64,000 bases of DNA, taken from the NCBI GenBank assembly GCA_014653545.1, contig JACWEJ010000001.1:36014-100013 (forward strand). Reading direction: 5' to 3'. Under the pieces are notes generated by a model. The model ran no database searches, was not told the DNA's origin, and saw nothing but the letters and a program-made list of their open reading frames with translations. The translations under genes and the position numbers were made by a program. Each line of letters opens with the position of its first letter. The stretch's first letter is position 1. This DNA comes from Pelagibacterales bacterium SAG-MED41 (GTDB lineage: Bacteria; Pseudomonadota; Alphaproteobacteria; Pelagibacterales; Pelagibacteraceae). Shown one piece after another: positions 53,389 through 63,337 of this stretch.

Positions 53389-53976
53389 ATGTTTAACGGA
53401 ATAATTTATAATACAGGAACTATTCATAGCATCAATAAAACTAAAAATAGTTTATTTATTGGTATAAAATCTAAATTAAGATTTAATCCCAAAGATATAG
53501 GGTCTTCAATATGTTGTAATGGAGTATGCCTAACATTAGTTAAGATTAATAAAAATATTATTTATTTTTATATTTCAAAAGAGACTTTAATACGCTCTAA
53601 TTTTAAGTTATTAGAGAAAGACCACGTTATTAATTTAGAAAAATCAATTACTTACGGGCAGAAAATATCAGGTCACTTCACGCTAGGGCATGTAGACACT
53701 GTAGCTAAAATTCAAAAGGTTAAAATTATAGACAAAACTTGGATAATAAATTTTAAAGTTTCGAATAAACGTCTCACTAAATTTCTAATGGAAAAAGCAT
53801 CAATTTCAATTAATGGTGTTTCATTAACTATTTCCAAAGTTATTAAAGACTCTTTTGAAATAAATGTGATCCCACACACCTTAAAGCTTACAAACTTACA
53901 AAACTTGAAAAGTAAGAGTTTAGTTAATGTTGAATTGGATATTTTTAGCAAATATATTCATAAATATTCTAATTAA
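53389..53976 (+). CDS. ribE: Riboflavin synthase (alpha chain)
   Basis: MFNGII, NGVCLT, GHFTLGHVD, NGVSLT, IPHT. Confidence 0.96.
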   Translation: MFNGIIYNTGTIHSINKTKNSLFIGIKSKLRFNPKDIGSSICCNGVCLTLVKINKNIIYFYISKETLIRSNFKLLEKDHVINLEKSITYGQKISGHFTLGHVDTVAKIQKVKIIDKTWIINFKVSNKRLTKFLMEKASISINGVSLTISKVIKDSFEINVIPHTLKLTNLQNLKSKSLVNVELDIFSKYIHKYSN

Positions 53977-55032
53977 ATGCCTAAAAATAAATTTTCTAAA
54001 ATATCATCAATTATTCAAGATGCTAAAAAAGGTAAAATGTTTATTTTGGTTGATGACAAGAATAGAGAAAATGAAGGTGATTTGATAATACCTGGTTCAA
54101 AATGTAATTCTAAAAATATTAACTTTATGGCTAAACATGGAAGAGGTTTAATTTGTTTAGCTTTAACAAAAAAACAAATTGACAATCTAAAACTACCATT
54201 AATGTCTCCAAATAATAAATCGAGAATGCAGACTGCATTTACAATTTCAATTGAAGCCAAGAGAGGAATTACCACAGGAATTTCTGCACAAGATAGAGCT
54301 AAAACAATTAAAACAGCTATTAATCCTAAAGTAAGAAAAAATGATATTGTTTCCCCAGGTCATGTTTTTCCATTAGTTGCAAAAACTGGTGGTGTCTTAG
54401 AAAGAGCAGGTCACACTGAAGCTTCGGTTGACATTTCAAAATTATCTAATCTAAACCCAAGTTCTGTGATTTGTGAAGTAATGAATGAGGATGGAAGAAT
54501 GGCCAGGTTAAATGATCTGTATAAGTTTTCTAGAAAACATAAAATTAAATTAGCTTCAATAGAAGATTTAATTTCTTATCGTTTAAAATATGAAAAGTTG
54601 GTGATTAAATTAAATTCAAAGATTTTATACTTAAATAGTAATTTAAAATTTAATATTTATTACTACAAAAATAAGTTAGAAAATAATATTAATTTTGCAA
54701 TAACAAAAGGTAGTTTAAATCAAAAAAAATCTATACCTGTTAGAGTCATTTCAACAGGTGTTAATAAAAGTAATATTTTAAAAAATGTAAAAGTAAAAAA
54801 ATCTATAAAAATATTATCGAAGTTTAAAAGTTATTTATTATTAGTAATTAACAATCAAAAAAGTAACTCGAAAGACAATAATATTAATACACTAAGATAC
54901 TATGGAATTGGAGCACAAATAATAAAAGACTTAAATGTCAAAAATATGATATTACTATCTAGAAGTAGAAAAAAAATTATTGGTCTTGATGGATTTGGTT
55001 TAAGAATTAAAAAACAAATAATTATTAAATGA
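53977..55032 (+). CDS. ribB: 3,4-dihydroxy-2-butanone-4-phosphate synthase fused to a degenerate GTP cyclohydrolase II-like domain
   Basis: DDKNRENEGD, TTGISA, PGHVFPL, RAGHTEA; C-domain keeps only YGIGAQI..DL. Confidence 0.93.
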   Translation: MPKNKFSKISSIIQDAKKGKMFILVDDKNRENEGDLIIPGSKCNSKNINFMAKHGRGLICLALTKKQIDNLKLPLMSPNNKSRMQTAFTISIEAKRGITTGISAQDRAKTIKTAINPKVRKNDIVSPGHVFPLVAKTGGVLERAGHTEASVDISKLSNLNPSSVICEVMNEDGRMARLNDLYKFSRKHKIKLASIEDLISYRLKYEKLVIKLNSKILYLNSNLKFNIYYYKNKLENNINFAITKGSLNQKKSIPVRVISTGVNKSNILKNVKVKKSIKILSKFKSYLLLVINNQKSNSKDNNINTLRYYGIGAQIIKDLNVKNMILLSRSRKKIIGLDGFGLRIKKQIIIK

Positions 55033-55451
55033 AAAAAATTTTAATTGTGAACTCTAATTATTATAAAGAAATATCTAATAATTTATTATTGAATACAAAA
55101 AAAAAATTATTAAATGTTAAATTTAAGATAAGTATTTTAAGTATTCCTGGTGCTTTTGAAATACCAATATCAATTAGAAGAAATATAAATAAATTTGACG
55201 GATTTGTTGCTTTAGGGTGTATTATAAAAGGTCAAACTCCTCATTTTGATTTATTAAGCTCTTCATTGTTTAATTCAATTTTAAGTCTTTCCATAAAATA
55301 CAATAAGCCAATTGGTAATGGAGTGATCACTGCTTTAAATCTTAACCAGGCTAAACAGAGAAGTAAAATTAATTCTCAAAAACCGAATAAAGGGTCAGAA
55401 GCTGCACACGCGGTAATATCTATTTTAAAAAATGGACCCAAAAAAATCTAA
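55029..55451 (+). CDS. ribH: 6,7-dimethyl-8-ribityllumazine synthase
   Basis: PGAFEIP, LGCIIKGQTPHFD, NKGSEAA. Confidence 0.96.
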   Translation: MKKILIVNSNYYKEISNNLLLNTKKKLLNVKFKISILSIPGAFEIPISIRRNINKFDGFVALGCIIKGQTPHFDLLSSSLFNSILSLSIKYNKPIGNGVITALNLNQAKQRSKINSQKPNKGSEAAHAVISILKNGPKKI

Positions 55452-55833
55452 GAAATCATCACCTAGGATAAAAGTAATTCAAAAATTGTATAATTCTTTA
55501 ATGAATCCTGAGGCTGAAATTGATTATCCTAAAAGCCAATACAAGAAATTTATTAAAGATGTAGTCAGGGGGACTCTAGAAAGATCAGAACTGATAGAGG
55601 AAACAGTAAATTCTCATTTGTCTGACGATATAAATTTAGGTAAAACTGATAAGTTATTAAAAATAATACTTTTTGCAGCTATATTTGAACTAATGTTTAA
55701 ACATAATACGCCAAAAAAAGTAATTATTAATGAATATTTAATAGCTTCAGAATATTTTCTTGAAAAAATTCAGATTGGTTATTTAAACGCAATTCTTGAT
55801 AAATTATCTAAAGAATTACGTAAAGGTGATTAA
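55432..55833 (+). CDS. nusB: Transcription antitermination factor NusB
   Basis: TPKKVIINEY, LNAILD; follows ribH. Confidence 0.9.
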   Translation: MDPKKSKKSSPRIKVIQKLYNSLMNPEAEIDYPKSQYKKFIKDVVRGTLERSELIEETVNSHLSDDINLGKTDKLLKIILFAAIFELMFKHNTPKKVIINEYLIASEYFLEKIQIGYLNAILDKLSKELRKGD

Positions 55834-55901
55834 AAAATGTGATTTATTTGAAGTTTAGCTTGCGTTTTTAATATTAATTTGGCATTTATGCGCTTTATAA
55901 C

Positions 55902-58004
55902 ATGACAAACTATTTAGAATTACTTTACTTAATTTCATTTACTGGTGTATTAGCTGTAGCTTATAGTTATTTACTCTCGGGTCAGATAATTTCTTCAAGT
56001 CCAGGAAATGCCAAAATGCAAGAAATTGCTCAGGCTATTCAAATTGGTGCGAAAGCTTATTTAAACAGACAATATAAAACAATTGCAGTTGTAGGTGTTA
56101 TTGTTTTAGCAATAGTAACATATTTTTTTAGTTACCTTGTGGGTATTGGTTACTTTATTGGAGCTTTTCTGTCTGGAGTTGCAGGTTATGTAGGAATGCT
56201 TATATCTGTAAAAGCTAACGTTCGTACTGCTGAGGCATCAAGACATAGTTTACAGTCAGGTTTAACAATAGCATTTAAATCTGGTGCGATAACAGGACTG
56301 TTAGTTGCAGGTTTAGCTTTATTAGCAATTACCTTCTACTATATAATTTTGATTAATTTAAACGTTGATAATAGAGAAATCATTAATGCTTTAGTTGCCT
56401 TAGGTTTTGGCGCATCTCTTATTTCTATTTTTGCTAGACTTGGTGGTGGTATTTTTACAAAAGGCGCAGACGTTGGCGCAGATTTAGTAGGAAAAGTTGA
56501 AGCAGGGATACCAGAAGATGATCCTAGAAACCCAGCAGTAATTGCTGATAACGTTGGAGACAATGTGGGTGATTGCGCAGGCATGGCCGCAGATTTATTT
56601 GAAACTTATGCGGTTACTATAGTTGCTACAATGGTCTTATCTTCTATATTTTTTCCATCTGATTATAACTTGATGGTTTATCCTTTAGCAATTGGAGGAT
56701 CTTGCATATTAACATCAATTATAGGCACTTGGTTTGTCAAGCTTGGAAAAAGCAAAAATATAATGGGCGCCTTATATAAAGGTTTTATCGTTACTGCTAT
56801 TACATCTCTCGTTATTCTTTATCCTGTAACAAGCTCTATTGTCGGACTATCAGAAAGTTATACCAATAGTGGAAAAACTTTTAATGGAATGGATTTGTAC
56901 ATCTGCGGTGTAGTTGGTTTTATAATAACTGGATTGTTAATTTGGATTACAGAATATTATACTGGTACGAATTATAGACCTGTGAAATCAGTTGCTAAGT
57001 CCTCTACAACAGGCCACGGTACTAATGTTATTCAAGGTCTCGCTGTATCTATGGAAGCAACAGCTGTACCTGCTTTGATTATTGTTGCAGGAATTTTATT
57101 CACTAATGAACTTGCTGGGTTGTACGGTATAGCTATTGCAGTAACCGCGATGTTAGCACTTACCGGTATGGTGGTCGCTTTAGACGCTTATGGTCCAGTT
57201 ACAGACAATGCTGGAGGCATAGCTGAAATGTCCAAACTTCCTAAAAGTGTAAGAAAAACTACAGATGCCTTGGACGCTGTAGGTAATACTACGAAAGCTG
57301 TAACAAAAGGATATGCTATAGGTTCTGCAGGATTAGGTGCTCTGGTATTGTTTGCTGCATACACTGAAGATATTAAATATTTTTCTACAGTTAAAGGATC
57401 AGCATTAGAAGGAGTAAATGTTACATTTGATTTGTCTAATCCTTTTGTAGTTGCTGGTTTGCTAATTGGCGGAATGTTACCTTATTTATTTGGATCAATG
57501 GGTATGCAAGCTGTTGGAAGAGCAGGCGGTGCAGTAGTTATTGAAGTCAGAAGGCAATTTAAAAAGATACCTGGAATAATGAAAGGTAAAAGAAAACCAG
57601 ATTATGGAAGATTGGTTGACTTATTAACAAAAGCAGCGATTAAAGAAATGATAATTCCTTCTCTTCTTCCTGTTTTATCACCAATAATTGTATATTTTAT
57701 AATTTTACAAATTGGTGGAATGGAAGCCGCACTTTCCTCTCTTGGAGCAATGTTGCTTGGCGTTATATTGACTGGTTTATTCGTTGCAGTATCAATGACT
57801 GCTGGAGGAGGAGCTTGGGATAATGCAAAAAAATATATTGAGGATGGTAATTTTGGCGGCAAAGGCTCGGATGCTCACAAATCCGCTGTAACAGGTGATA
57901 CTGTTGGTGACCCATACAAAGACACTGCTGGTCCCGCGGTGAATCCGATGATAAAAATAACAAATATAGTAGCTTTATTACTTCTTGCTATAATAGCACA
58001 CTAA
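55902..58004 (+). CDS. hppA: Membrane H+-translocating pyrophosphatase (K+-independent signature)
   Basis: [36 protein letters not shown]. Confidence 0.97.
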   Translation: MTNYLELLYLISFTGVLAVAYSYLLSGQIISSSPGNAKMQEIAQAIQIGAKAYLNRQYKTIAVVGVIVLAIVTYFFSYLVGIGYFIGAFLSGVAGYVGMLISVKANVRTAEASRHSLQSGLTIAFKSGAITGLLVAGLALLAITFYYIILINLNVDNREIINALVALGFGASLISIFARLGGGIFTKGADVGADLVGKVEAGIPEDDPRNPAVIADNVGDNVGDCAGMAADLFETYAVTIVATMVLSSIFFPSDYNLMVYPLAIGGSCILTSIIGTWFVKLGKSKNIMGALYKGFIVTAITSLVILYPVTSSIVGLSESYTNSGKTFNGMDLYICGVVGFIITGLLIWITEYYTGTNYRPVKSVAKSSTTGHGTNVIQGLAVSMEATAVPALIIVAGILFTNELAGLYGIAIAVTAMLALTGMVVALDAYGPVTDNAGGIAEMSKLPKSVRKTTDALDAVGNTTKAVTKGYAIGSAGLGALVLFAAYTEDIKYFSTVKGSALEGVNVTFDLSNPFVVAGLLIGGMLPYLFGSMGMQAVGRAGGAVVIEVRRQFKKIPGIMKGKRKPDYGRLVDLLTKAAIKEMIIPSLLPVLSPIIVYFIILQIGGMEAALSSLGAMLLGVILTGLFVAVSMTAGGGAWDNAKKYIEDGNFGGKGSDAHKSAVTGDTVGDPYKDTAGPAVNPMIKITNIVALLLLAIIAH

Positions 58005-58016
58005 TTTATCAAAAAA

Positions 58017-58475
58017 TTATTTTTTTCCACTGTACATTTTTTCTTTGATACTTGATAAAAAAGTTGCAACAAAACTTTTTTGAGATAATTGATTATCAGT
58101 AGTCATTTTTGAAAATTTAATTTGATTTTTATCATCTTTTTTTAAAATTTTTTTGTCTTCCAAAATGCCAAATTTATTGAAATGCAAAACTAAAACATTA
58201 TTTTTTTTTAAAACATTTTGCCCTAATTTTAGGTATTCACCCTTAGACAAAACTCTTTCAAAATAGACCCATTTATTCTTATCGTTAATATAATTAGTAT
58301 GAGGTATTCCAAGAATTTTTAAAACATCATTTGTATTTGATTTATTAATTGTAAGTTTTTCGTATCGATTTTCTAAGAAAAGTATACCATGATTATTGCT
58401 AGGTTCTTGTAATTTACAACTAATTAAAATAATAGTAAAAAAAAACAAATAAAATATTTTATTAAAAAAATGCAT
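58017..58475 (-). CDS. bamE: Outer membrane assembly lipoprotein BamE
   Basis: Lipobox LISC; DVLKILGIP, WVYF, VLVLHFNKFGIL. Confidence 0.85.
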   Translation of the reverse strand: MHFFNKIFYLFFFTIILISCKLQEPSNNHGILFLENRYEKLTINKSNTNDVLKILGIPHTNYINDKNKWVYFERVLSKGEYLKLGQNVLKKNNVLVLHFNKFGILEDKKILKKDDKNQIKFSKMTTDNQLSQKSFVATFLSSIKEKMYSGKK

Positions 58476-58964
58476 AAAAAAAGTTTGTACAACACATTGC
58501 TTAACTTATCTAGAAATATTTTTTTTTACAATCAAATATATCTAAAAGATACTTTTGAAAGTCGTTTGTATTTGATGTTTATTCATTTTTCAATATTGAT
58601 GATTATATTTAAGAAAAAAAAGAAAAAATTTCCTCAAAAAGACTATGATTTATTCTTTCAAAATATTGAGTACAATTTAAGGGAATTAGGTTTTGGTGAT
58701 GTAGCGGTTAATAAAAAAATGAAAGAATTTAATCAAGTTTTATATGATATCTTACTAAAATTAGAAATTGACCAGAATAAATCAAACAATTTTAATATTA
58801 GCAGAAATCTTATCTATAAGTATTTTTCGTGTTTTAAAGATAATAAAGATACAAAATACCCCATTTTTGAAAGTTATTTTGTTAATTTTTATAATTATTG
58901 TTTTGAATTGCCACTTGATAATATGGTAAAAGACTCAAAAAATTTTAATTATGGCTGTTCCTAA
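58470..58964 (+). CDS. Ubiquinol-cytochrome c chaperone (Cbp3 family)
   Basis: [25 protein letters not shown]; divergent from bamE. Confidence 0.85.
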   Translation: MHKKSLYNTLLNLSRNIFFYNQIYLKDTFESRLYLMFIHFSILMIIFKKKKKKFPQKDYDLFFQNIEYNLRELGFGDVAVNKKMKEFNQVLYDILLKLEIDQNKSNNFNISRNLIYKYFSCFKDNKDTKYPIFESYFVNFYNYCFELPLDNMVKDSKNFNYGCS

Positions 58965-59124
58965 AAGAAAAACCTCAGTTTCAAAAAAAAAAATGAGAAG
59001 GTCTCATCATAAATTATCTTCAATTAATTTAGTCGAAGATAAAAAAAGTGGCGAATATAGATTATCTCACCATGTAGATTTAAAGTCTGGTTATTACAAC
59101 GGCAAGAAAATTTTAGACGTTTAA
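58951..59124 (+). CDS. rpmF: 50S ribosomal protein L32 (57 aa, not in the ORF track)
   Basis: Manual translation [57 protein letters not shown]; precedes plsX. Confidence 0.96.
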   Translation: MAVPKRKTSVSKKKMRRSHHKLSSINLVEDKKSGEYRLSHHVDLKSGYYNGKKILDV

Positions 59125-59132
59125 CATTAGAA

Positions 59133-60170
59133 ATGAACAAAAAAATAACTATTGCAATCGATGCAATGGGTGGTGAAAATTCACCTGAAAAAATTATTGA
59201 AGCTGTTTATTTATTTTTAAAATCTAATAAACAAGATGATTTTGAAATTAATTTATTTGGAGATTCAAATATAATAAAAAAAAAAATAGAAAAGTTTAAA
59301 ATTATCTCTAAGTCAGTAAAAATTACGCATGCGGACTCAATCGTTTCCGATAAAGAAACACCATTAACCGCTATAAAAAATTCAAAAAATACAAGCATGT
59401 GGAATTGTATTAAATCCCAATTGGATGGAAATTCAGACATTAGTCTTTCTGCAGGAAATACTGGAGTATTATTAGTAATCTCAAAAATGATTCTTAAAAT
59501 GATGGATAAGGTATCTAAACCAGCACTAGCAGGTCTATGGCCAAATAAAAAAAATCTTACAGTTGTCTTAGATCTTGGAGCTAATATTGAATGTGATGAC
59601 AAAAATTTAGTTGATTTTGCTGAGCTAGGATCTGCATTATATAAATCACTTTTTAGAAATGAGAAACCAACAGTATCTTTGTTAAATGTAGGTTCAGAGG
59701 AAATTAAAGGAACAGATTTATTAAAACAAACTTTTAAAAGATTAAAAAGATTAAGCAGCGATAACAATTTTAAATTTCAGGGTTATATAGAAGGTAATAC
59801 GCTGATGGATGGTAATACTAATGTAGTTGTTACCGACGGTTTTACAGGAAATATAGCACTTAAAACAGCTGAAGGGACAGCTAAATTTATTACTGACAAT
59901 TTAAAGATGTCACTGACTGAAAACTTTTTTTCAAAGTTTTCGTTAATTTTTTCTTATTTTTCATTAAAAAAATTTAAAGAAAAACTTGATCCAAGAAAAT
60001 ATAATGGAGCAATCTTTTTAGGTCTCAATGGCCCTGTTGTAAAAAGCCACGGCGGAACTGATGCCTTAGGTTTTTATTATTCAATTGACCTGTGTTATAA
60101 AATAATAAAAGGTAATTTAATGACACAAATCAAAAATAATCTTAATCATTTAAATGAAGAAAATATCTAA
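59133..60170 (+). CDS. plsX: Phosphate acyltransferase PlsX
   Basis: IAIDAMGG, SAGNTG, LDLGAN, DGFTGNIALKT.EG, VVKSHG. Confidence 0.97.
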   Translation: MNKKITIAIDAMGGENSPEKIIEAVYLFLKSNKQDDFEINLFGDSNIIKKKIEKFKIISKSVKITHADSIVSDKETPLTAIKNSKNTSMWNCIKSQLDGNSDISLSAGNTGVLLVISKMILKMMDKVSKPALAGLWPNKKNLTVVLDLGANIECDDKNLVDFAELGSALYKSLFRNEKPTVSLLNVGSEEIKGTDLLKQTFKRLKRLSSDNNFKFQGYIEGNTLMDGNTNVVVTDGFTGNIALKTAEGTAKFITDNLKMSLTENFFSKFSLIFSYFSLKKFKEKLDPRKYNGAIFLGLNGPVVKSHGGTDALGFYYSIDLCYKIIKGNLMTQIKNNLNHLNEENI

Positions 60171-60441
60171 TTATACTAAAAATGATATTGTAAGCAATTT
60201 AAGTTTTAAAACAGGTTTCTCTCTAATTTTATCAAAAACTTTGGTGAATAATTTTTTTGAAGCATTATCCTATTTAATGAATAATAACAAATTATCACTA
60301 AAAAATATTGGAACTTTTAAATTAATTAAAAAAAAAGAGAGAATTGGCAGAAATCCTAAAACAAAAGAAGAATATTTGATAAAATCAAGAATTTCCATAA
60401 GTTTTTTACCGTCGAAAAAACTTTTAGATGTCATAAATTGA
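60154..60441 (+). CDS. ihfA: Integration host factor alpha / HU-family DNA-binding protein
   Basis: IGTF, RIGRNPKT; position between plsX and merR. Confidence 0.85.
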   Translation: MKKISNYTKNDIVSNLSFKTGFSLILSKTLVNNFFEALSYLMNNNKLSLKNIGTFKLIKKKERIGRNPKTKEEYLIKSRISISFLPSKKLLDVIN

Positions 60442-60446
60442 ATTAA

Positions 60447-60845
60447 ATGAGCAAATTTCTTACTATTTCAGAAATATCCAAAAATTTAAATTTAGTTAAT
60501 TCATTAACAAATAAACCGTCAAATCATATTATTAGGTATTGGGAAAAAGAATTTAAACAGATAAAACCAAAAAAAATTAATAACCGAAGATATTATTCTC
60601 CAGAACAAGCACAAATTATTAAAATAATAAAATTTTTACTTCGCGATAAAGGAATGACAATATCAGGTGTTAAAGACCTTTTAAAATATAAAATAAATAA
60701 CCTTGACGTTTATAACGAATATAGTTTAAAAGCTGACCAATACAAAGATATTTTAAAAATTAAAAGCAGATCACTTCAAGAAAAAGTTAAAAAACTAAAA
60801 AACTATGGCAAAAAAAACTCATCTAAAAGTACGATTGGTTCCTGA
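60447..60845 (+). CDS. MerR-family HTH protein
   Basis: TISEIS, HIIRYWEKEF, RRYY, GMTISGVK. Confidence 0.9.
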   Translation: MSKFLTISEISKNLNLVNSLTNKPSNHIIRYWEKEFKQIKPKKINNRRYYSPEQAQIIKIIKFLLRDKGMTISGVKDLLKYKINNLDVYNEYSLKADQYKDILKIKSRSLQEKVKKLKNYGKKNSSKSTIGS

Positions 60846-60996
60846 AAGTAATCCGGATAGTAAATTTATTTACTATGCTAAAAAGCCTACAAAAGGTGAA
60901 AAAGCTAAGGATAAACTAAAGATGAAAAAATATAACCCAAATACAAGAAAGCACGAGTTTTTTGTTGAAAAAAAACTTCCACCTCACAGCAAGTAA
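60805..60996 (+). CDS. rpmG: 50S ribosomal protein L33 (Zn-free type)
   Basis: KVRLV, KLKMKKYNP..RKH..F.EKK. Confidence 0.92.
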   Translation: MAKKTHLKVRLVPESNPDSKFIYYAKKPTKGEKAKDKLKMKKYNPNTRKHEFFVEKKLPPHSK

Positions 60997-61275
60997 TTAT
61001 TTTTTAAAATTTCTATACTCATAATCTATGAATGCTTTGATCATGGATTTCCATATTTTATGAGTTATTTTTGTGTCAATTTTTTTTTGTTTTGATTTTT
61101 TAGAAATATTTCTAAGAATTATTGATATTCGCCGTTTATCAACTATATCTTTTTTAAATTTTTTATTTTTTATAACTACATCGACTAATAAGGATCTCTT
61201 TTTTATAACATCAAGAAGTTTATTGTCTAGTTTATCAAGTTGTTTTCTGATTTTGAGTATATTTTTGTTTACCAT
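60997..61275 (-). CDS. Chorismate mutase type II (AroQ/PchB-like)
   Basis: IRKQLDKLDNKLL..IKKR, IVDKRRI, FIDYE. Confidence 0.85.
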   Translation of the reverse strand: MVNKNILKIRKQLDKLDNKLLDVIKKRSLLVDVVIKNKKFKKDIVDKRRISIILRNISKKSKQKKIDTKITHKIWKSMIKAFIDYEYRNFKK

Positions 61276-61326
61276 CGCGACAATAATAAAATTTGTAAAT
61301 TTATAAATAAATATATATTACAAATT

Positions 61327-62352
61327 ATGTATTCAGACGAGAGAAAAATATATAAATTATTTACCAACTGGTTAGTTGTATCATTAGTTTTGGTTTTTTT
61401 AATAATTATTGTTGGCGGTTTAACAAGACTAACTAATTCGGGTCTTTCAATTACAGAGTGGGAATTATTCAAAGGTATTCTACCGCCATTAAATGATAGT
61501 TCTTGGCAAGAATATTTTAATTTGTACAAGGAAATTCCTCAGTACAAGTTATTAAATTACGATATGGTTTTAGATGAATTTAAAATTATTTTTTATTGGG
61601 AATATATTCACCGTATTTTAGCAAGACTTATAGGATTATTTTTTTTAATTCCTCTGATATTTTTCTATATATCAAAAAAGATTCAAAAAGAGCACATGCG
61701 AATTTGTTACTTTATTTTTACTTTAATAATTATTCAAGGATTTCTTGGATGGTATATGGTTAAAAGTGGCTTAGTAAATGATGTTACAGTAAGTCATTAT
61801 AGATTATCAATGCATCTAACTACTGCAATTATAATTATATCATCGATTTATTGGTTAATAATGAATACAACATTTAAAAAAAATAAATTATTTTTTAATT
61901 TTGAAAAAAACAATTTCCCATTTTTAATATTAATATTTCTTATCTTAACTCAAATAATTTTAGGTGCGTTTGTTTCTGGATTAGATGCAGGACAAATTTA
62001 CCAAACTTGGCCCAAAATGGGAAATAACTATTTTCCAAATGATTTAATTTTAAAAAATTTTAATGATACTATAGAATTCAATAATCACTCACTAGTTCAG
62101 TTTTATCATCGTTCACTTGCTTATTTAATAATTTTATATGTTTTAATTCTAAGCATATTTATTTACAAAAAAAAATTAATCAACTTATATAAATCTATAC
62201 GAATATTAATTTTTTTTTTATTAATTCAAATTTCATTGGGTGTATTTACCTTAGTAAGTGGTCTTAATATTCATTTAGCGTCAAGTCATCAAATTACTAG
62301 TATTCTATTAGTATTAAGCGCATTAAATCTATATTATTTAAGAGCTAAATAA
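61327..62352 (+). CDS. ctaA: Heme A synthase (COX15/CtaA)
   Basis: GGLTRLTNSGLSITEW, WEYIHR, GWYMVKSGL, SHYRL, QFYHR; ATG 61327 preferred as start. Confidence 0.95.
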   Translation: MYSDERKIYKLFTNWLVVSLVLVFLIIIVGGLTRLTNSGLSITEWELFKGILPPLNDSSWQEYFNLYKEIPQYKLLNYDMVLDEFKIIFYWEYIHRILARLIGLFFLIPLIFFYISKKIQKEHMRICYFIFTLIIIQGFLGWYMVKSGLVNDVTVSHYRLSMHLTTAIIIISSIYWLIMNTTFKKNKLFFNFEKNNFPFLILIFLILTQIILGAFVSGLDAGQIYQTWPKMGNNYFPNDLILKNFNDTIEFNNHSLVQFYHRSLAYLIILYVLILSIFIYKKKLINLYKSIRILIFFLLIQISLGVFTLVSGLNIHLASSHQITSILLVLSALNLYYLRAK

Positions 62353-62353
62353 A

Positions 62354-62382
62354 TTGACTTTGTTATCCTTTCTTTGTATTTA
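62354..62382 (+). promoter_or_regulatory. Putative promoter of rplM-rpsI
   Basis: TTGACT (62354-62359) N17 TATTTA. Confidence 0.4.
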
Positions 62383-62394
62383 TCGCCCATTATC

Positions 62395-62853
62395 ATGACA
62401 CCATTTATTAAAAAGAAAGAAATAAAAAAAGATTGGTATATTATTAACGCACAAAATGCTGTGGTTGGTAGATTAGCAGCATTTATTTCAAGAGTTTTAA
62501 GAGGAAAAAACAAACCAACTTTTAATCCTCATATAGATAATGGCGATTTTGTTATCGTAACAAATATAGATAAAATAAAGTTTACTGGAAAAAAATTTAC
62601 CAATAAAATATATCACAGACATACAGGTCATCCAGGTGGTATTAAAGAGTCAAGTCCTTCATTTTTAAAAGAGAGAAATAAAACAGGAGAAATTTTGAAA
62701 TTAGCTGTTAAAAGAATGTTACCAGGCGGTCCCTTAGCCAAGAAACAACTAACCAAGTTGAAAATTTACAATGGAGACATACACCCTCATGATGTTCAAA
62801 AACCTAAAATTATACAATTTGAAAAGCTTAACAAAAGAAATATAGTTAAATAA
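62395..62853 (+). CDS. rplM: 50S ribosomal protein L13
   Basis: VGRLAA, LRGKNKP, HTGHPGG, AVKRMLP; ATG 62395 preferred as start. Confidence 0.98.
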   Translation: MTPFIKKKEIKKDWYIINAQNAVVGRLAAFISRVLRGKNKPTFNPHIDNGDFVIVTNIDKIKFTGKKFTNKIYHRHTGHPGGIKESSPSFLKERNKTGEILKLAVKRMLPGGPLAKKQLTKLKIYNGDIHPHDVQKPKIIQFEKLNKRNIVK

Positions 62854-63293
62854 TGGAAGCAGATAGTCAATCATCTCCTAAATCAAAAAAAATTAAACTA
62901 GATTTTAAAGATAGCAAATATGCTACTGGAAGAAGAAAAAGATCTATTGCTAAAGTCTGGGTTAAAAAAGGATCAGGTAACATCCATGTGAATGGATTAA
63001 AAATGAACGAGTATTTTAAAAGACCAGTACATCAAATAATCGTAACAAGACCTCTAGAGATTTCTGAGGTTGCAACAAATTTTGATGTTAAATGCTCTGT
63101 AAAAGGTGGTGGACTTTCTGGTCAAGCCGGAGCAATTATACTGGGTATATCTAAAGCTCTAATATCCCATGATGAAAATTTAAAGAAAAATTTAAAAAAA
63201 GATAAACTTACCACCAGAGACTCTAGAGTTGTTGAGCGTAAAAAATACGGTCATAGGAAAGCTAGAAGAAGCTTTCAATTTTCTAAGAGATAA
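62853..63293 (+). CDS. rpsI: 30S ribosomal protein S9
   Basis: ATGRRK, GGGLSGQAGA, ERKKYG..KARR..QFSKR. Confidence 0.99.
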   Translation: MEADSQSSPKSKKIKLDFKDSKYATGRRKRSIAKVWVKKGSGNIHVNGLKMNEYFKRPVHQIIVTRPLEISEVATNFDVKCSVKGGGLSGQAGAIILGISKALISHDENLKKNLKKDKLTTRDSRVVERKKYGHRKARRSFQFSKR

Positions 63294-63337
63294 ACTTTTA
63301 CATTTAACTATTAATTGGGACGATGATATAAGTAATT

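Noticed and set aside
60703-60730. Internal promoter for rpmG inside the merR gene
   Set aside because: TTGACG is present but there is no convincing -10 at the right spacing
1456-61529. Many antisense or alternate-frame ORFs in the track (for example 4922-5479, 14740-15312, 17293-17682, 59207-59767)
   Set aside because: All are shadows of well-supported genes, have no recognisable motifs, and are expected from codon bias
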